DNA of 64,000 bases from Mobula hypostoma. Its lineage: Eukaryota. Of the stretch, positions 1 through 13,659 are shown piece by piece. Location: positions 64,232,001-64,296,000 of the forward strand of contig NC_086104.1 in NCBI RefSeq assembly GCF_963921235.1. Reading direction: 5' to 3'. Under the pieces are notes generated by a model. That model was not told the origin of the DNA. It made no database searches and saw only the letters and a program-made list of their open reading frames with translations. A program made the position numbers and the translations under genes. Position 1 is the first letter of the stretch. The number at the start of each line of letters is the position of its first letter.

Positions 1-473
1 ATAAATAACTCTACAACGATCCATTTAGAACTGATCCCACTTGAGCTCTTCCTGCTGGGAACACCTCCTGTGCATAAGTGCATAGAAATCTCTCTGTTCT
101 CTCCACCAAGGCTTCTAGTGCAGCAAACAGCCCCTAAAGACTGCTGTGCTGGTCCATCACTCGTTTGCTGAGTCATCATCACCTCCACAATTACTTTCAC
201 CATTTCTTGCAACTGCAATGCATCTGCTCTTTTGCAGACAGGTTTTGAGCAATTCAGGCTAGCTTGAACTGATACTTGTCTTTCATATAATTGTGCCCCT
301 GCTGATGTGCTAAGGCAAGCAATAGTTAAGCTGTATGGTTGACGGAGTCATTAGAATGAAAAACAGTGATAGAGAAGCTTATCTTGCTCTGGTTTTCAGC
401 AGGGTTCCCAAATTGTGAGTCTACGTGTTAATGTGAAGGGGCAATGAAGGAAGAAATGGCACTTAAAGAGAAA

Positions 474-1928
474 AACACACATAAAGTACTGGAGGAGCTC
501 AGCAGGTCATGCAGTATCTATGGAAAGGATTAAAGAGTCGATGTTCCGGGCAGAGACCTTTCATCAGGAAGGAGGAAGGTGCCAGAATAAAAAGGTAGGG
601 GGTGGGGAGAGAGTCTAGCTGGAAGGCGTTAGATGAAGCCAGGTAGGGGGGAAAGGTCAAGGACTGGAGAAGAAGGAATCTGAGAAAAGAGGAGAGTGGC
701 CGATAGGAGAAAGGGAAGGAGGAGAGGACCCAAGGGTAAGTAATAGGCAGGTGAGAAGAGGTAAAAGGCCTGAGTGGGGAATAGAGGAGTGCAGGGAGGG
801 AGGTAAATTAGTTTACTGGAGGGGGGAGTAATAGGCAGGTGAGAAGAGGTAAGAGGTCAGAGTGGGGAATAGAGGAAGTGGGGTTTTTTTTACCAGAAGG
901 AGAAATCGATATTCATGCCATCAGGTTGGAGGCTACTCAGATGGATAGAAGGCATAGCACCTCCACCCTGAGGGAAGCCTAATTTTGGCACAAGAGGAGG
1001 CCATGGACCGACATGTCAGATTGGGAAATGGGAATCCGAATTAAAATGTTTGGCCACTGGGAAGTTCGGCTTTTGGCGGTTGGAGCCGAGGTGCTTGACA
1101 AAGCAGACCCCCAATTTATGATGGGCCTACCATATAGAGGAGATCACAACGGGAGCACTGGACACAATAGATGACCCAACAGATTCACAGGTGAAGTGTT
1201 GTCTCACCTGGAATGATGGGTTGGGGCCCTAAATGGAGGTAAGCGAGGAGGTGAGTAGGTGAATGGGCAGGTACAGCACTTAGGCCACTTGCAGGAATAG
1301 GTGCCAGGTGGGAGTTTAGTGGAGAGGGACGAATGGACAAGGGAATCATGGTGATCCTGTGAGGGGGGAGGGTAAAGATATGTTTGGTGGTAGGATCCCT
1401 TTGGAGATGGCACAGGTTGTGGAGAGTGATGTGTTGGATATGGAGGCTGATGGGGTGGTAGGTAAAGTCAAGAGGAACTCTATCACTGTTAAATTGGCAG
1501 GAAGAAAGAGTGAACGCAGATGTTCAAGAAATGGAGGAGATGTGGGCGAGGGAAACATCAATAGTGGAGGGAGGGAAACCATATTCTTTGAAGGAGGACA
1601 TCTCTGATGTCCTGGAACAGAAAGTTGTGTCTTGGCAACAGATGTGGCGGAGGCAAAGAAACTGAAAAAAAGGGAATAGCATTTTTACAGAAGATAGCGT
1701 GGGAAGAAATATAGTTGAGATAACCATGGGATTCAGTAGGTTTATAATAGATGTTGGTTGACAGTTTGTCTCCAGAGATGAAGACAGAAAGATCGAGAAA
1801 GGGAAGGAGGTATCCGAGATGGACTAAGTGAATTTAAGGGCAGGGTGGAAATTAGAGGCAAAGTTGAATCCTCCAGCATTTTATGTGTTGCTTTGGATTT
1901 TCAACATCTGCAGATTTCCTCATGTTTA
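474..1928 (-). mobile_element. Truncated Penelope-like retroelement: GIY-YIG region, pseudo-LTR with decayed hammerhead, inverted pseudo-LTR tail
   Basis: Minus-strand frameshifted peptides PGTYSCKWPKCCTCPFT and HFTCESV..VIYCVQCSRCDLLY; hammerhead-like CTGATGA..GGAACATCGACT at 535-569; inverted end at 1869-1927; possible TSD cacttaaagagaa (460-472) / catttaaagaaaa (1930-1942). Confidence 0.8.
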
Positions 1929-2159
1929 ACATTTAAAGAAAACCTGTAAGGACCAGGAAGGCCAGTTAACTTACATTGTCTGCACAGAATTACTGTCATC
2001 CAAGAACATCTGAAAATTCAAGAAAGTTGCAACAGCTACCACCCTCCACATAATCAATTTTAGAGTGAAATTCTATCCTGCTCAGCGTCTCCATAATGGA
2101 ATTATTCTGCTGCAGATTCTTTGTGATTCCTGTCTGTTTCTTGTATTTGCAGGTAACCT

Positions 2160-2300
2160 TTCTTTTTCTATCTTTCAGTTCAGATGAAAGATCTTGATGC
2201 CAAATGTTGACTTCCCTCCATAGATGCTGCCTGACGCTGAGTTCCTCCAGTGTATCTGGTGTTGTATCACATTCTAGCATCTGCTCTGTTTTAATTCTCC
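2160..2300 (+). mobile_element. Decayed Penelope pseudo-LTR fragment
   Basis: cagttcagatgaaagatcttgatgccaaatgttgact...ccatagatgctgcctgac...tcctccag, similar to 19327-19465. Confidence 0.6.
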
Positions 2301-2487
2301 ATTCAGTTTTGGGTCAGACCGTGCAATATGGTGTTCGAATCTCAGATGTAAGGTGTTTAGAAAAGTTTTGTTCTGCAATTTAAAGTTTGTGGCATAGAAG
2401 GGGATACAAATGTGGGAGACAGGTGATTAGAAAGAAGGAGTTGGAGGGATTGGATATTTTACACGTCAGCAGGATATGAATAAAAGT

Positions 2488-3095
2488 GCAGCACAGTCAT
2501 GTAGTGGCTGGTATAATGCTTTAAGGCGCCAGTGATTGGATTTCAATTCTGGTCACTGTCTTTAAGGAGTCTGTACATTCCCTCAAGACTCTATGGGTTT
2601 CCTCTGGGTGCTCCAGTTTCCTCCCATATTCCAGAGACATACAGATTAGAATAGGTTATTTATTTACTTATATAGCGTGGATTAGGCCCTTCCATCCCTA
2701 CAAGCTGTGTTGCCCAGCAACCACCGACAACCCCGATATAATCCTAACCTAATCAAGTGACAATTTACAGTGACCAATTAACCCACTCAGTACAGCTTTG
2801 GACTGTGGGAAGAAACTGGAGCACCATCACAAAACCCACGCAGTCCATGGGGAGGATGTACAGAGGCCACTGGGATTGAACTCCACATTCCAACACCCTG
2901 AGTTGTAACAGCATCGTGCTACCCACCATGCAACCATGGATTTGTTAGTTGTGGAGCTGATACGTTGGTGCAGGAAACATGATGACACTTGAGGACAGCC
3001 CCCGGCACATCCTCAGACTGCACTAGTCGTTAACACACAATGACACATTTCACTGCATGTTTCCCAGCATCAATGACAAACAAAGATCATCTTTT
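2488..3095 (+). mobile_element. V-SINE (HE1-like) interrupted by a second V-SINE in the opposite orientation (about 2655-2940)
   Basis: V-domain gggtttcctctgggtgctccagtttcctccca on + and its reverse complement tgtgggaagaaactggagcacc at about 2804-2826. Confidence 0.7.
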
Positions 3096-3418
3096 TGTGC
3101 TTGGAGTTTATGCCTGGACCAGGTCTGATTTCCTATGTATAAACCAGCCAGGAGATTGGCCTGTGAGGTGTCATGATATATTTCATCTCAGGTGTCTATA
3201 ATAAACAACAATGTACAGGGTAATTGATTATTCAGATAAGGCAGTAGATACAATTCAGTGTAAAGCTATGTACGGTAGTACATTTCTTGGCAAGGAACAG
3301 AGGAAGGTCGCAAATTGTTATCCTTACCTCATTTAAGTGGCTGATAATGACTTGATGGGAAATGTTAGTAAACTACTGACCAGTGAAAGAATTCACAATT
3401 ACAACCAATTCTGCTTCT

Positions 3419-4275
3419 TGAATTTGAATTGAATTGACTTTATTTCTTATACCCTTCACATACATGAGGAGCAAAAATCGTTATGTTACATTTCCATCTA
3501 AATGTGCAATCATTGTAATTTATAATAACTTATAATAAGTAGAACAGTCAATGTAATATAGAGTACACTCAAATCAGCGTGAGGTAATCAGTCTGATGGC
3601 TTGATGGAAGAAGTTGTCCTGGAGCCTGTTGGTCCTGGCTTTTATGCTGCTGTACCATTTCCTGGATGGTAGCAGCTGGAATAGATTGTGGTTGAGGTGG
3701 CTCGGGTCACCAATGATCCTTCAGGCCACTTTTTCACACCTGTCTTTGTAAACGTCCTGAAGCAGGTGAAGTTCACAACTACAGATGTGCTGGGCTGTCC
3801 GCACTACTCTCTGCAGAATCCTGCGATTAAGGGAGGTACAGTCCCCTTACCAGGCAGTGATGCAGCCAGTTGGGATGCTCTCAATTGTGCCCCTGTAGAA
3901 AGTTCTTAGGATTTGGGGGCCCATACCAAACTTCCTCAACAGTCTGCGGTGAAAGAGGCACTGTTGTGTGCTGGTGTGCACAGACCACGTGAGGTCCTCG
4001 GTGATGTGGATGCTGAGGAACTTAAAGCTGTTTACCCTCTCAACTCCAGATCCATTGATGTCAATAGGGGTTAGCCCATCTCCATTCCTCCTGTAATCCA
4101 CAAGCAGCTCCTTTGTTTTTGCGACATTGAGGAAGAGGTTGTTTTCTTGTCACCACTGTGTCAGAGAGATGATTTCTTTCCTGTAAACCACCTCCTTATT
4201 GTTTGAGATTAGGCCAATCAATGCAGTGTCATTGGCAAATTAGCAGATTAGAGCTGTGGGTGGCGATACAGTCAT
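3419..4275 (-). mobile_element. 5'-truncated Rex1/Babar-like LINE
   Basis: ORF 3847..4101 (VERVNSFKFLSIHITEDLTWS...FYRGTIESI); short (aattg)-repeat tail next to the polyA signal. Confidence 0.8.
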
Positions 4276-5866
4276 ATTCAGGAATATTCACAATATTAGG
4301 TATTTTAAGATAGCTCCATAGTTGTCACTTTTCTTCTTAACCTGGGGCTAATTGAAGTGTCTCTACCATTGCAGACCAAATCCAGAATAAAATAAATAAA
4401 CAAAATAATGCAAAAATTAAACCATTAGCATTGACAAACATAATTTGATTATTCCTGGTAGAAAATTTGTTGGCTTTCATGTGTTCAAGAACTATGAGAT
4501 TCTACACAATCCTGTCCCTAGAAAGATTTTCCTCCAGTTTCATTCAGCTGTTAACCATCATGCTTTAGTCTGAAATCTATTTCACAGACAGCATTTCGAA
4601 GAGAAGAAGGAAGAGGTCGGTTGCTTGACTGAAGTTTTTCCAATTTCAGATCATGCATACGTTGCTGCTTTCAGTTAGTTACGTACCTTAAAATTAAAAG
4701 CATGACTTTGGTCTCTACTACCTTACTGTTTCAAATAGTTTCATTCCAATTGGTTCGATTAAGTTATTATATTAACTTCATTAACTGGGCCAAAAAGACA
4801 GAAACGGTTTCAAAGCATTTCCTCACAACAAAAGGATGCATGGTCACATTAAAACACTGAAGTAATGAGATCACCCTTTTTTTGTGCAATGTCAACCAGG
4901 ACTATTTCGAATTTTGTTAAATGTTTGTTATAATTCAGATAAACTGCATAATTTACTTTGGCAGATTGCCAACAAATACTGTTTCCTAACAACCTTGAAG
5001 TATATATAATTGCTCCAAAGAATGAGAAAATTAGCAAGTGTTGGTTGGCAAAACATCCATGATTGTCCTGCATGAAGTCAGCAAACACCACAGATTGGGC
5101 TTACACCCAAAAGCCCTCCATATTCTTATTAGTACTGATTTTTTTTTGGTTGAGCTGGAGTGTTCATTTGAATTCCAAAACACATTGCCTTACAAAGATT
5201 AATATATAATACATGCCGAAATCCACTCGAGTTTACCTTCCACCCAGGTGAATATGACCGTAGTTAACAATGTACACCCAGTGGTTACTCCATTACACTG
5301 GGGTTAGAGGCCTCTGAGCGGACCATTTCTGTCAATTTAGCCACAGCTGAGAGAGAGCAGGCGCTGGGCACAGAATGAGGAGTGTGAAAGTGAATGAGTA
5401 TTTGAAAGATATTTTATAGCCATTAAACCTGTGAGTTAATACAATTAATGAGAAAGTGCCGAACTGAAACACATCCGATTACTTTCTGAAAGAGTACAAG
5501 TGATTTTTTTTGTACAGGAATTTTAAAAATATCTATACATGTACATGAGAATTACTGACAATACATCAGAGCAGATTTTCTTAGTGGTTACCAGGGATGC
5601 AAAGGCAACATTGTTGGATTAGAATTACAAACAGAGGTACATTATGCCTAACTGTCATTCAGCACTGATCTAACTGTCAAGTTGGGCTTTGTGCTGACAC
5701 TAGATGTCTCCATGAGTTTGTTAATATTGGAAATATCCACTGGTACAATGCAACATTTGTTCTCTTTGTTGCAGCTCTTCTGTGCTGTTCAAGATATTTA
5801 CTCTACCACAGAAACACTGCATCCAGGTCTACTTATACATATAATTTATGGATGTCCGTTGGTATG

Positions 5867-8580
5867 GAATCAGAATCAGAATCAGATTTATTATCACCAG
5901 CATGTGACGTGAAATGTGTTAACTTAGCAGCAGCAGTTCAATGCAATACATAATATAGAAGAGAAAAAATAAATAAAATAAAAAATGATAATAATAAATA
6001 AGTAAATCAATTACAGTATACGTATATTGAATAGATTAAAAAACGTGTTAAAAAACAAAAATACTGCATATTAAAAAAAGTGACGTGGTGTCCAAGGGTT
6101 CAATGTCCATTTAGGAACCAGATGGCAGAGAGGAAGAAGCTGTTCCTGAATCACTGAGTGTGTCTCTTCAGGCTTCTGTACCTCCTTCCTGATGGTAACA
6201 GTGAGAAAAGGGCATGCCCTTGGTGCTGGAGGTCCTTAATAATGGACACTGCCTTTCTGAGACACCACTCCCTGAAGATGTCCTGGATACTTTGTAGGCT
6301 AGTACCCAAGATGGAGCTGACTAAATTTACAACCCTCTGCAGCTTCTTTTGGTCCTGTGCAGTAGCTCCCCTCATACCAGACAGTGATGCAGCCTGTCAG
6401 AATGCTCTCCACGGTACATCTATAGAAGTTTTTGAGTGTATTTGTTGACATGCCAAATCTTTTCAAACTCCTAATGAAGTATAGCCACGGTCTTGCCTTA
6501 TTTATAACTACATTGATATGTTGGGACCAGGTTAGATCCTCAGAGATCTTGACACCCAGGAACTTGAAACTGCTCACTCTCCACTTCTGATTCCTCTATG
6601 AGGATTGGTATGTGTTCCTTCGTCTTACCCTTCCTGAAGTCCACAATCAGCTCTTTTGTCTTACTGACGTTGAGTGCCAGGTTGTTGCTGTGGCACCACT
6701 CCACTAGTTGGTATATCTCACTCCTGTACGCCCTCTCGTCACCACCTGAGATTCTATCAATAATGGTTGTATCATCAGCAAATTTATCAATGGCATTTGA
6801 GTTATGCCAAGCCACCCAGTCATGTGTATACAGAGGGTAGAGCAGTGGGCTAAGCACACACCCCTGAGGTGCACCAGTGGTAATCGTCAATGAGGGGGAG
6901 CTGTTATCACCAGTCCGCACAGACTGTAGTCTTCTGGTTAGGAAATCGAGGATCCAATTGCGGAGGGAGGTAAAGAGGCCCAGGTTCTGCAACTTCTCAG
7001 TCAGGATTGTGGAAATGATGGTATTAAATGCTGAGCTGTATGTAGTCGATGAACAGCATCCTGACATGAGTTTTGTGTTGTCCAGGTGGTCCAAAGCCGT
7101 GTGGAGAGCCATTGAGATTGCATCTGCTGTTGACCTATTGTGGCGATGGGCAAATTGCAATGGGTCCAGGTCCTTGCTGAGGCAGGAGTTCAGATCAGTC
7201 ATGACCAACCTCTCAAAGCATTTCATCACTGTCGATGTGGGTGCTACCGGGCGATAGTCATTAAGGCAGCTCACATTATTCTTCTTAGGCACTGATATAA
7301 TTGTTGCTTTTTTGAAGCACATGGGTCTTCTGCCGTAGCAGTGAGAGATTGAAAATGTCCTTGAATATTCCCATTAGCTGGTTGGCACAGGTTTTCAGAG
7401 CCTTACCAAGTACTGCATCAGGACCTTCTCCCTTGTGAGGGTTCACTCTCTTTAAAGCCAGTCTAACATCAGCCTCTGAGACAGAGATCACAAGGTCATC
7501 AGGTGCAGTAGGGATCTTCACAGCTGTAGTTGTGTTCTCCCTTTCAAAGTGTGCATAGAATGCGTTAAGTTCATCTGGTAGTGTAGCATCACTGCCATTC
7601 ATGCTAATGGGTTTTGTTTTGTAGGAAGTAATGTCTTGTAAACCCTGCCAGAGTTGCCATGCATCCGATGTCGCCTCCAACCTCATTCGAAATTGTCTCT
7701 ATGCCCTTAAATTAGCCCTCCACAAATCATACCTGGTTTTCTGGTACAGGCCTGGGTCGCCAGACTTGAATGCCACAGATCTAGCCTTCAGCAGATGATA
7801 TACCTCCTAGTTCATCCACAGCTTTTGGTTTGGGAATGTACAGTAAATCTTTGTAGACCACACACTCATCCACACAGGTTTTAATGAAGTCGGTAACAAC
7901 TGCAGCATACTCATCCAGATTCGAAGATGAATCCCTGAATACAGTCCATTCCACCGATTCAAAGCAGTCCTGTAGGTGCTCCTGTGCTTCCCTTGTCCAT
8001 ACCTTCTTGGTCCTCACTGCTGGTGCTGCAGTCTTCAGTCTCTGCCTATACTCAGGGAGTAGAAGTACAGCCAGGTGATCAGACTTCCCGAAGTGAGGGC
8101 GTGGAATAGCATGGTAGGCATTCTTGATGGTGGTGTAGCAATGGTCCAGTGTGTTGTTTCCTCTGGTATTGTAAGTGATCTGTTGATGGTAATTGCTTAG
8201 TGATTTTTTCAGACTGGCCTGGTTAAAATCTCCCAAAATGATGGTGAAGGCGTTAGGGTGCGCTGTTTTGTGCATGTTGATCCCATTGCTCAGATCATCT
8301 AAAGCCTGATTGCCATTGGTCTGAGGTGGAATATTTACTGCTACCAAAGTGACCCTGGAGAACTCTCGTGGTAGCCGAAAAGGATGGAACTTAACTGCTA
8401 GATATTCCAGGTCTGGTGAGCAGAACTGGGACAGCACCGATATATTTGTGCACCAAAAAGAGTTGATCATGAGGCATATTCCCCCACCTCTGGTTTTGAG
8501 AGACTGTACAGATCTATCCTGACAGTGTATAGTAAATCCATCGATCTGAATTGCTGCATCTGGTACAGAAGGGGTTAGCT
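5867..8580 (-). mobile_element. Rex1/Babar-like LINE, endonuclease plus RT, frameshifted
   Basis: ORFs 7781..8470 (ILGDFNQA, TLDHCY, GKSDH), 6540..7322 ([28 protein letters not shown]); (ATTCTG)n tail at 5867-5888. Confidence 0.92.
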
Positions 8581-9202
8581 TTATTTTGAGGCTATTTCAA
8601 CCCTCTTCCTTGTCTTTAGCCAGTTGGATTAATTAATATTAGGCTTTTAGACATATCCACTCTCACTTGCTGTAACCCTTACCAGTTCACTGTAATGAAG
8701 ATGCAGATTCTGTTCATAGCTCATTCAGATCAGGTCACTTCCACTCACCCACCCAGAGAGAAAAAGCTTCACATGTGTCAGGTGGGAAAACCCCTTGAAC
8801 AATAAAAAGATTATCACCTCTGAAGGCCCACATGAAGGCAATGGTGCTCCGTCTGTTTGTGTTCTTTTTTTCTCACTCTTTCAAGTTTACACTATGTAAT
8901 GCACTGACCAAGAAGGTATAGTTTTTTTTCAATATTACTTCCTTTTATATATTTTTGTCATGAATCAAGTATATTTTTGAAATTTAAAAATGTGTGTCAG
9001 ATACCCATTTTACACTGTGCCTACTTTTATACTTGACTGACTTAATGGACAAAAGAGTCTTAACTTGTGGGTTCGGCACCATTTGTCCTCATTATATAAA
9101 GCAGCTGCAGATTCATTAAAACCCATCTTGCACTATCACATGAAGTCAAAATTATCCCTTGTGGAGGTCAGTTTGATTAATTGACAAAAAATATCCACAA
9201 AC

Positions 9203-9305
9203 CTGTTGGTGTCCTTGATGTGAATTCAGGATCAAAGTGGAAAGTATCCTCTGGTCTTCCTACTGCTGGTTTAAACGGTGGTTTAATTTCCTTCCTGTAT
9301 AATTT
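9203..9305 (-). CDS. rps6ka2: RSK3 exon (103 nt): [38 protein letters not shown]-terminal tail
   Basis: CAG/GTTTGT boundaries. Confidence 0.95.
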
Positions 9306-10182
9306 CTGTTGATAAATAATGTACTTTTGTCACTCAAGATTAAGTAAGATACATTTTCATTTCTGCTGTTCTTGAATACCATGGCTAATACCTTTTATTA
9401 AACTTCAGTTAGTGCATTTTCAGCAGAGTAATTGATCTCTAAAATACACATTCTTCAGCATGGTAGGACTTTGTATAGAGAAAATTTAAATTTATTTCAC
9501 AACAAATTCACTTTCACCCTTAATTGTATTCAATACTGTATCTGCTACAGAAAGGTGTTTGCTACTATATAACTACAAGGTTAAATACTGCCAAATCCAA
9601 CAAAACATTTTTTATTACTGCATTTATTTCCAAATGAGAAATAACATATGAAAGGGAGCCTTGTGTCAGAAAAATGGTAAACTACTAAGGTGATAATTGT
9701 AAACTAGTTAGGGAGTTTCTTAAACCTTTTTTTAACATTGCCTTTTTATTATTCCTATGCCAACCTCCAAATGTCCGTCTCTTTTCCTGCAATCAGGCAG
9801 TGGCTGAAATTAGTAATATAGGATTCCAGATGGCTCTTATGATTTAATTGGTATTTAATTAACTCTGGTATCTCAAGGGATACTTATGTTGCTAATCTAT
9901 TGCTAATAACCTGGCCATAACAACGCTCTTTTCCCAGAAGGTCAGCTGTGATTATGCACCTTCACTGTCAGCAATCCTGACGATGAAAGTATCGTCCTTT
10001 TTTATCATTTAATTTTGCCTCTAACAAGCACTTGGACATAATTGGAGAAAAACTGACAGCGCTGAGTTACAAGCTGGTCATGCTAATAGAAATCTATATT
10101 GACTATCCCTATGGGCTCTTTCCTTCCTACTTATCACTTAAATATTGCATGTTCCCTTTCTCTCACAGTTGAAACACATTTT

Positions 10183-11846
10183 CTCCCACATCATGAAGAC
10201 CCTGGAGAGACCTGTTCTGGAGCTGCTCCGGCCTATGGTCAAGCCACACTTAGATCCCCTCCAGTTCGCCTACCAGCCCCGACTAGGAGTTGAGGATGTC
10301 ATCGTCAACCTGCTGAACCATGTCTACGCCCACCTGGACAAGCCAGCGAGCACTGTAAGGGTCATGTTTTTTGACTTCTCCAGTGTGTTCAACACCATCC
10401 GCCCTGCTCTGCTGGGGGAGAAGCTGACAGCGATGCAGGTGGATGCTTCCCTGGTATCATGGATTCTTGATTACCTGACTGGCAGAACACAGTACGTGTG
10501 CTTGCAACACTGTGTGTCCGACAGAGTGATCAGCAGCACTGGGGCTCCACAGGGGACTGTCTTGTCTCCCTTTCTCTTCACCATTTACACCTCGGACTTC
10601 AACTACTGCACAGAGTCTTGTCATCTTCAGAAGTTTTCGGATGACTCTGCCATAGTTGGATGCATCAGCAAGGGAGATGATGTTGAGTACAGGGCTACGG
10701 TAGGAAACTTTGTCACATGGTGTGAGCAGAATTATCTGCAGCTTAATGTGAAAAAGACTAAGGAGCTGGTGGTAGACCTGTGGAGAGCTAAGGTACCAGT
10801 GACCCCTGTTTCCATCCAGGGGGTCAGTGTGGACATGGTGGAGGATTACAAATACCTGGGGATACGAATTGACAATAAACTGGACTGGTCTAAGAAATTG
10901 ATTTCTTTCAATTCCCAATAAAGGAACAAGCAGTTCAAAGTCAATGTGCATAAATCAATAGGCGCTGTCTTATTGGAGATACTACACAGCCATCACAAGA
11001 ACCAAAATTACTTTGTCCCATAGATTTGCATTGTAATACTTATACTAAATTATGAATTCACATGTTTACTATCACTATATTATTTAGCTCTTGCAGATTA
11101 GTACTGCAGGCAGTTGGAATTAGGTGTTCAATACACAAAAAAAGGACAATAAACTGGACTGGTCAAAGAATACTGAGGCTGTCTACAAGAAGGGTCAGAG
11201 CCGTCTCTATTTCCTGAGGAGACTGAGGTCCTTTAACATCTGTCAGACGATGCTGAGGATGTTCTACGAGTCTGTGGTGGCCAGTGCTATCATGTTTGCT
11301 GTTGTGTGCTGAGGCATCAGGCTGAGGGTAGCAGACACCAACAGAATCAACAAACTCATTCATAAGGCCAGTGATGTTGTGGGGATGGAACTGGACTCTC
11401 TGACGGTGGTGTCTGAAAAGAGGATGCTGTCCAAGTTGCATGCCATCTTGGTCAATGTCTCCCATCCACTACATAATGTACTGGGTGGGCACAGGAGTAC
11501 ATTCAGCCAGAGACTCATTCCACCGAGATGCAGCACAGAGCGTCATAGGAAGTCATTCCTGCCTGTGGCCATCAAACTTTACAACTCCTCCCTCGCAGGG
11601 TCAGACACCCTGAACCGATAGACTGGTCCTGGACTTATTTCATAATTTACTGACATAATTTACATATTACTATGTAACTATTTATTACTATTTTCTATTA
11701 CTATTTATTATTTCTATGACTATTACTATTTACTAATAGTAACATTACTGTTACTATTTCTATTACTACTTATTATTTATGGTGCAACTGTAATGAAAAC
11801 CAATTTCCCCCGGGATCAATAAAGTATGGCTACTACTACTACTACT
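10183..11846 (+). mobile_element. 5'-truncated Rex1-like LINE, interrupted at 10897-11144
   Basis: ORF 10145..10921 (LDPLQFAY, FFDFSS, GAPQGTVLSP, KFSDD) resumes in 11124..11621; AATAAA and (TAC)n tail. Confidence 0.9.
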
Positions 11847-13659
11847 AAACCCAAATGCCAGAGAATTCCTTTGTCTTGCCACAAAGCATCAGTCCAAATT
11901 ATAAATTGTAATCTTGAGTATAAGCCTGAATCAATTTCTTTCTGACTTATATAATTGTACCAAGCTAATACCATTATGATCCACTAAGGTGATATAAAAC
12001 ACTGCACTTTATGTTCCAGTGTAACCACAGACTATTTTTTTTTTGAGTTCTTTGAGTAGAGCCATGCTCAACATTTACTTTTGCTTAGCAATGCAAGGTT
12101 CTGTAGATGGAAGGTCTGTTTAGGTTCATGGATAGTGGTGAGGGAGGAGGTATAGGGACAGGTGCTTCAATGCCTATTGCACCCAACAGAGGGCTCAGTG
12201 ATAGAGCAGGACATTGCTATGACTGAGTTGAGACACCTACTCTTAGAGCCTGCTTTAATGGAGATTGCTGGACTGTGGGAGAGAAAAGGAAATCTCAAGT
12301 TGTGTGTTACAAGGGGAAAATAAACAAAAATCAACTAAGTTATATGTTTAATTATTTATTCCACGCTTAATGTGTTCAATTATGGTTTTTAATTTATTTT
12401 CTTTTATTTATTTGGGAACAGCTCTGAACTGCAAATTACCAGAAATCAAAGGCTTCCAGAAAGATTTCAGGCTTATTTTGGTATAGAAATGCCTTGGGAA
12501 CGTATCCCATGAGGCCAGGTCTGCATATCATCTTAACACCCAGGTGAACTTGGCTTATGATCTATGGAAAGGTTTCAAAATTCCTATCCATGAAATTAAA
12601 GTTTCAAATCTTTGTTACAATCATTCTTAATCTATTGGAATTGAAATTGCCAATGCTCTTCTCTGAATCAATCTTCCCACACACAACCGAATAGATAAGT
12701 CAGAAGGTAGGCATTGAAAAATGTTGTTTAATGGGGAATTCGGCTTCTGTCACTTTCAGTTTCTTTGATCTGATCTTTTCTTTTATTTTGCAACATTGTT
12801 GCATTAACCATCCCCTCATTCAATCATTCTGGCTTTCTACTTTATCGCAAAACCTCCTTATTATAAGCAAACAAATTAGGAGTTACTTGGACTCTTACAA
12901 CTGCTCCACATTTTAATAAAACCATGGGTTGATCTGGTTGTAATCTCAATTTTACAGTCCTATCCACCCATTTTAACCTTTTACTCCCTTGTTTAGTGAG
13001 TATCTTCCTCTCCAGCAGAAAGTTTCAGAACTGGCTTCCATTGCTTGTCGAGGAATAGAGTTTCAAAGGCTCACATTTCAGTTTTAAATTGGAAACTCCT
13101 TATTCTTAAAAGGTAATCCCATAGTTCTACATTATCCCCAAGAGGGAAGTGCCTCTCCATATCTACCCTGCCAAATACCCACAATACAAGTTTGTTCTTT
13201 CCCCTACTTCCCTTTTCTGTCCCTATTTTAAATATTTTCACTTTCTAACTTTTTCCTGTTCTGTTGAAAAGGTAACTATGTTTCTCTATCTACAGATAAC
13301 TGACGTTCTGAGCATTCCAAGAATTTCTATATTTATTTCAGATTTCCCGAATCCACAGTACTTTGTTTTTGTATGAATAGATAAGCATATTAATATATAG
13401 ATAGTGAATGTGCAAACTTTCATTAAGGAAGTTTATAGCAATGCACTACTATGTTAAAAAGAGTTACTGAAGATTCAGAGTGAGCACCTAGAAAGTTACT
13501 ATTACCAATAGTAAATAATTAAAAAAAACATTTTGCCATATGTGAGTGACAAACTTAACTGGAAAACTACCAATTTTTAAAGAATTAGCAAATTAGTTCA
13601 AGATAATCTGTTACTTTTTATATAACTAATTTATTTCTGATTATTGAAACAGACTTCAA

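Noticed and set aside
120-146. Minus-strand VFRG-like peptide as a candidate for the next RSK exon (DSPG...LFRGFSFVA)
   Set aside because: No SPG/PPSA upstream and no FSFVA; that exon is probably beyond the window start.
6540-8470. Long RT and endonuclease ORFs as active or domesticated genes
   Set aside because: Broken by frameshifts, 5'-truncated and present as a second copy in the same window.
11660-11846. tattac-rich quasi-repeat
   Set aside because: Low-complexity LINE 3' UTR and tail, with no repeat-spacer structure; not CRISPR-like.
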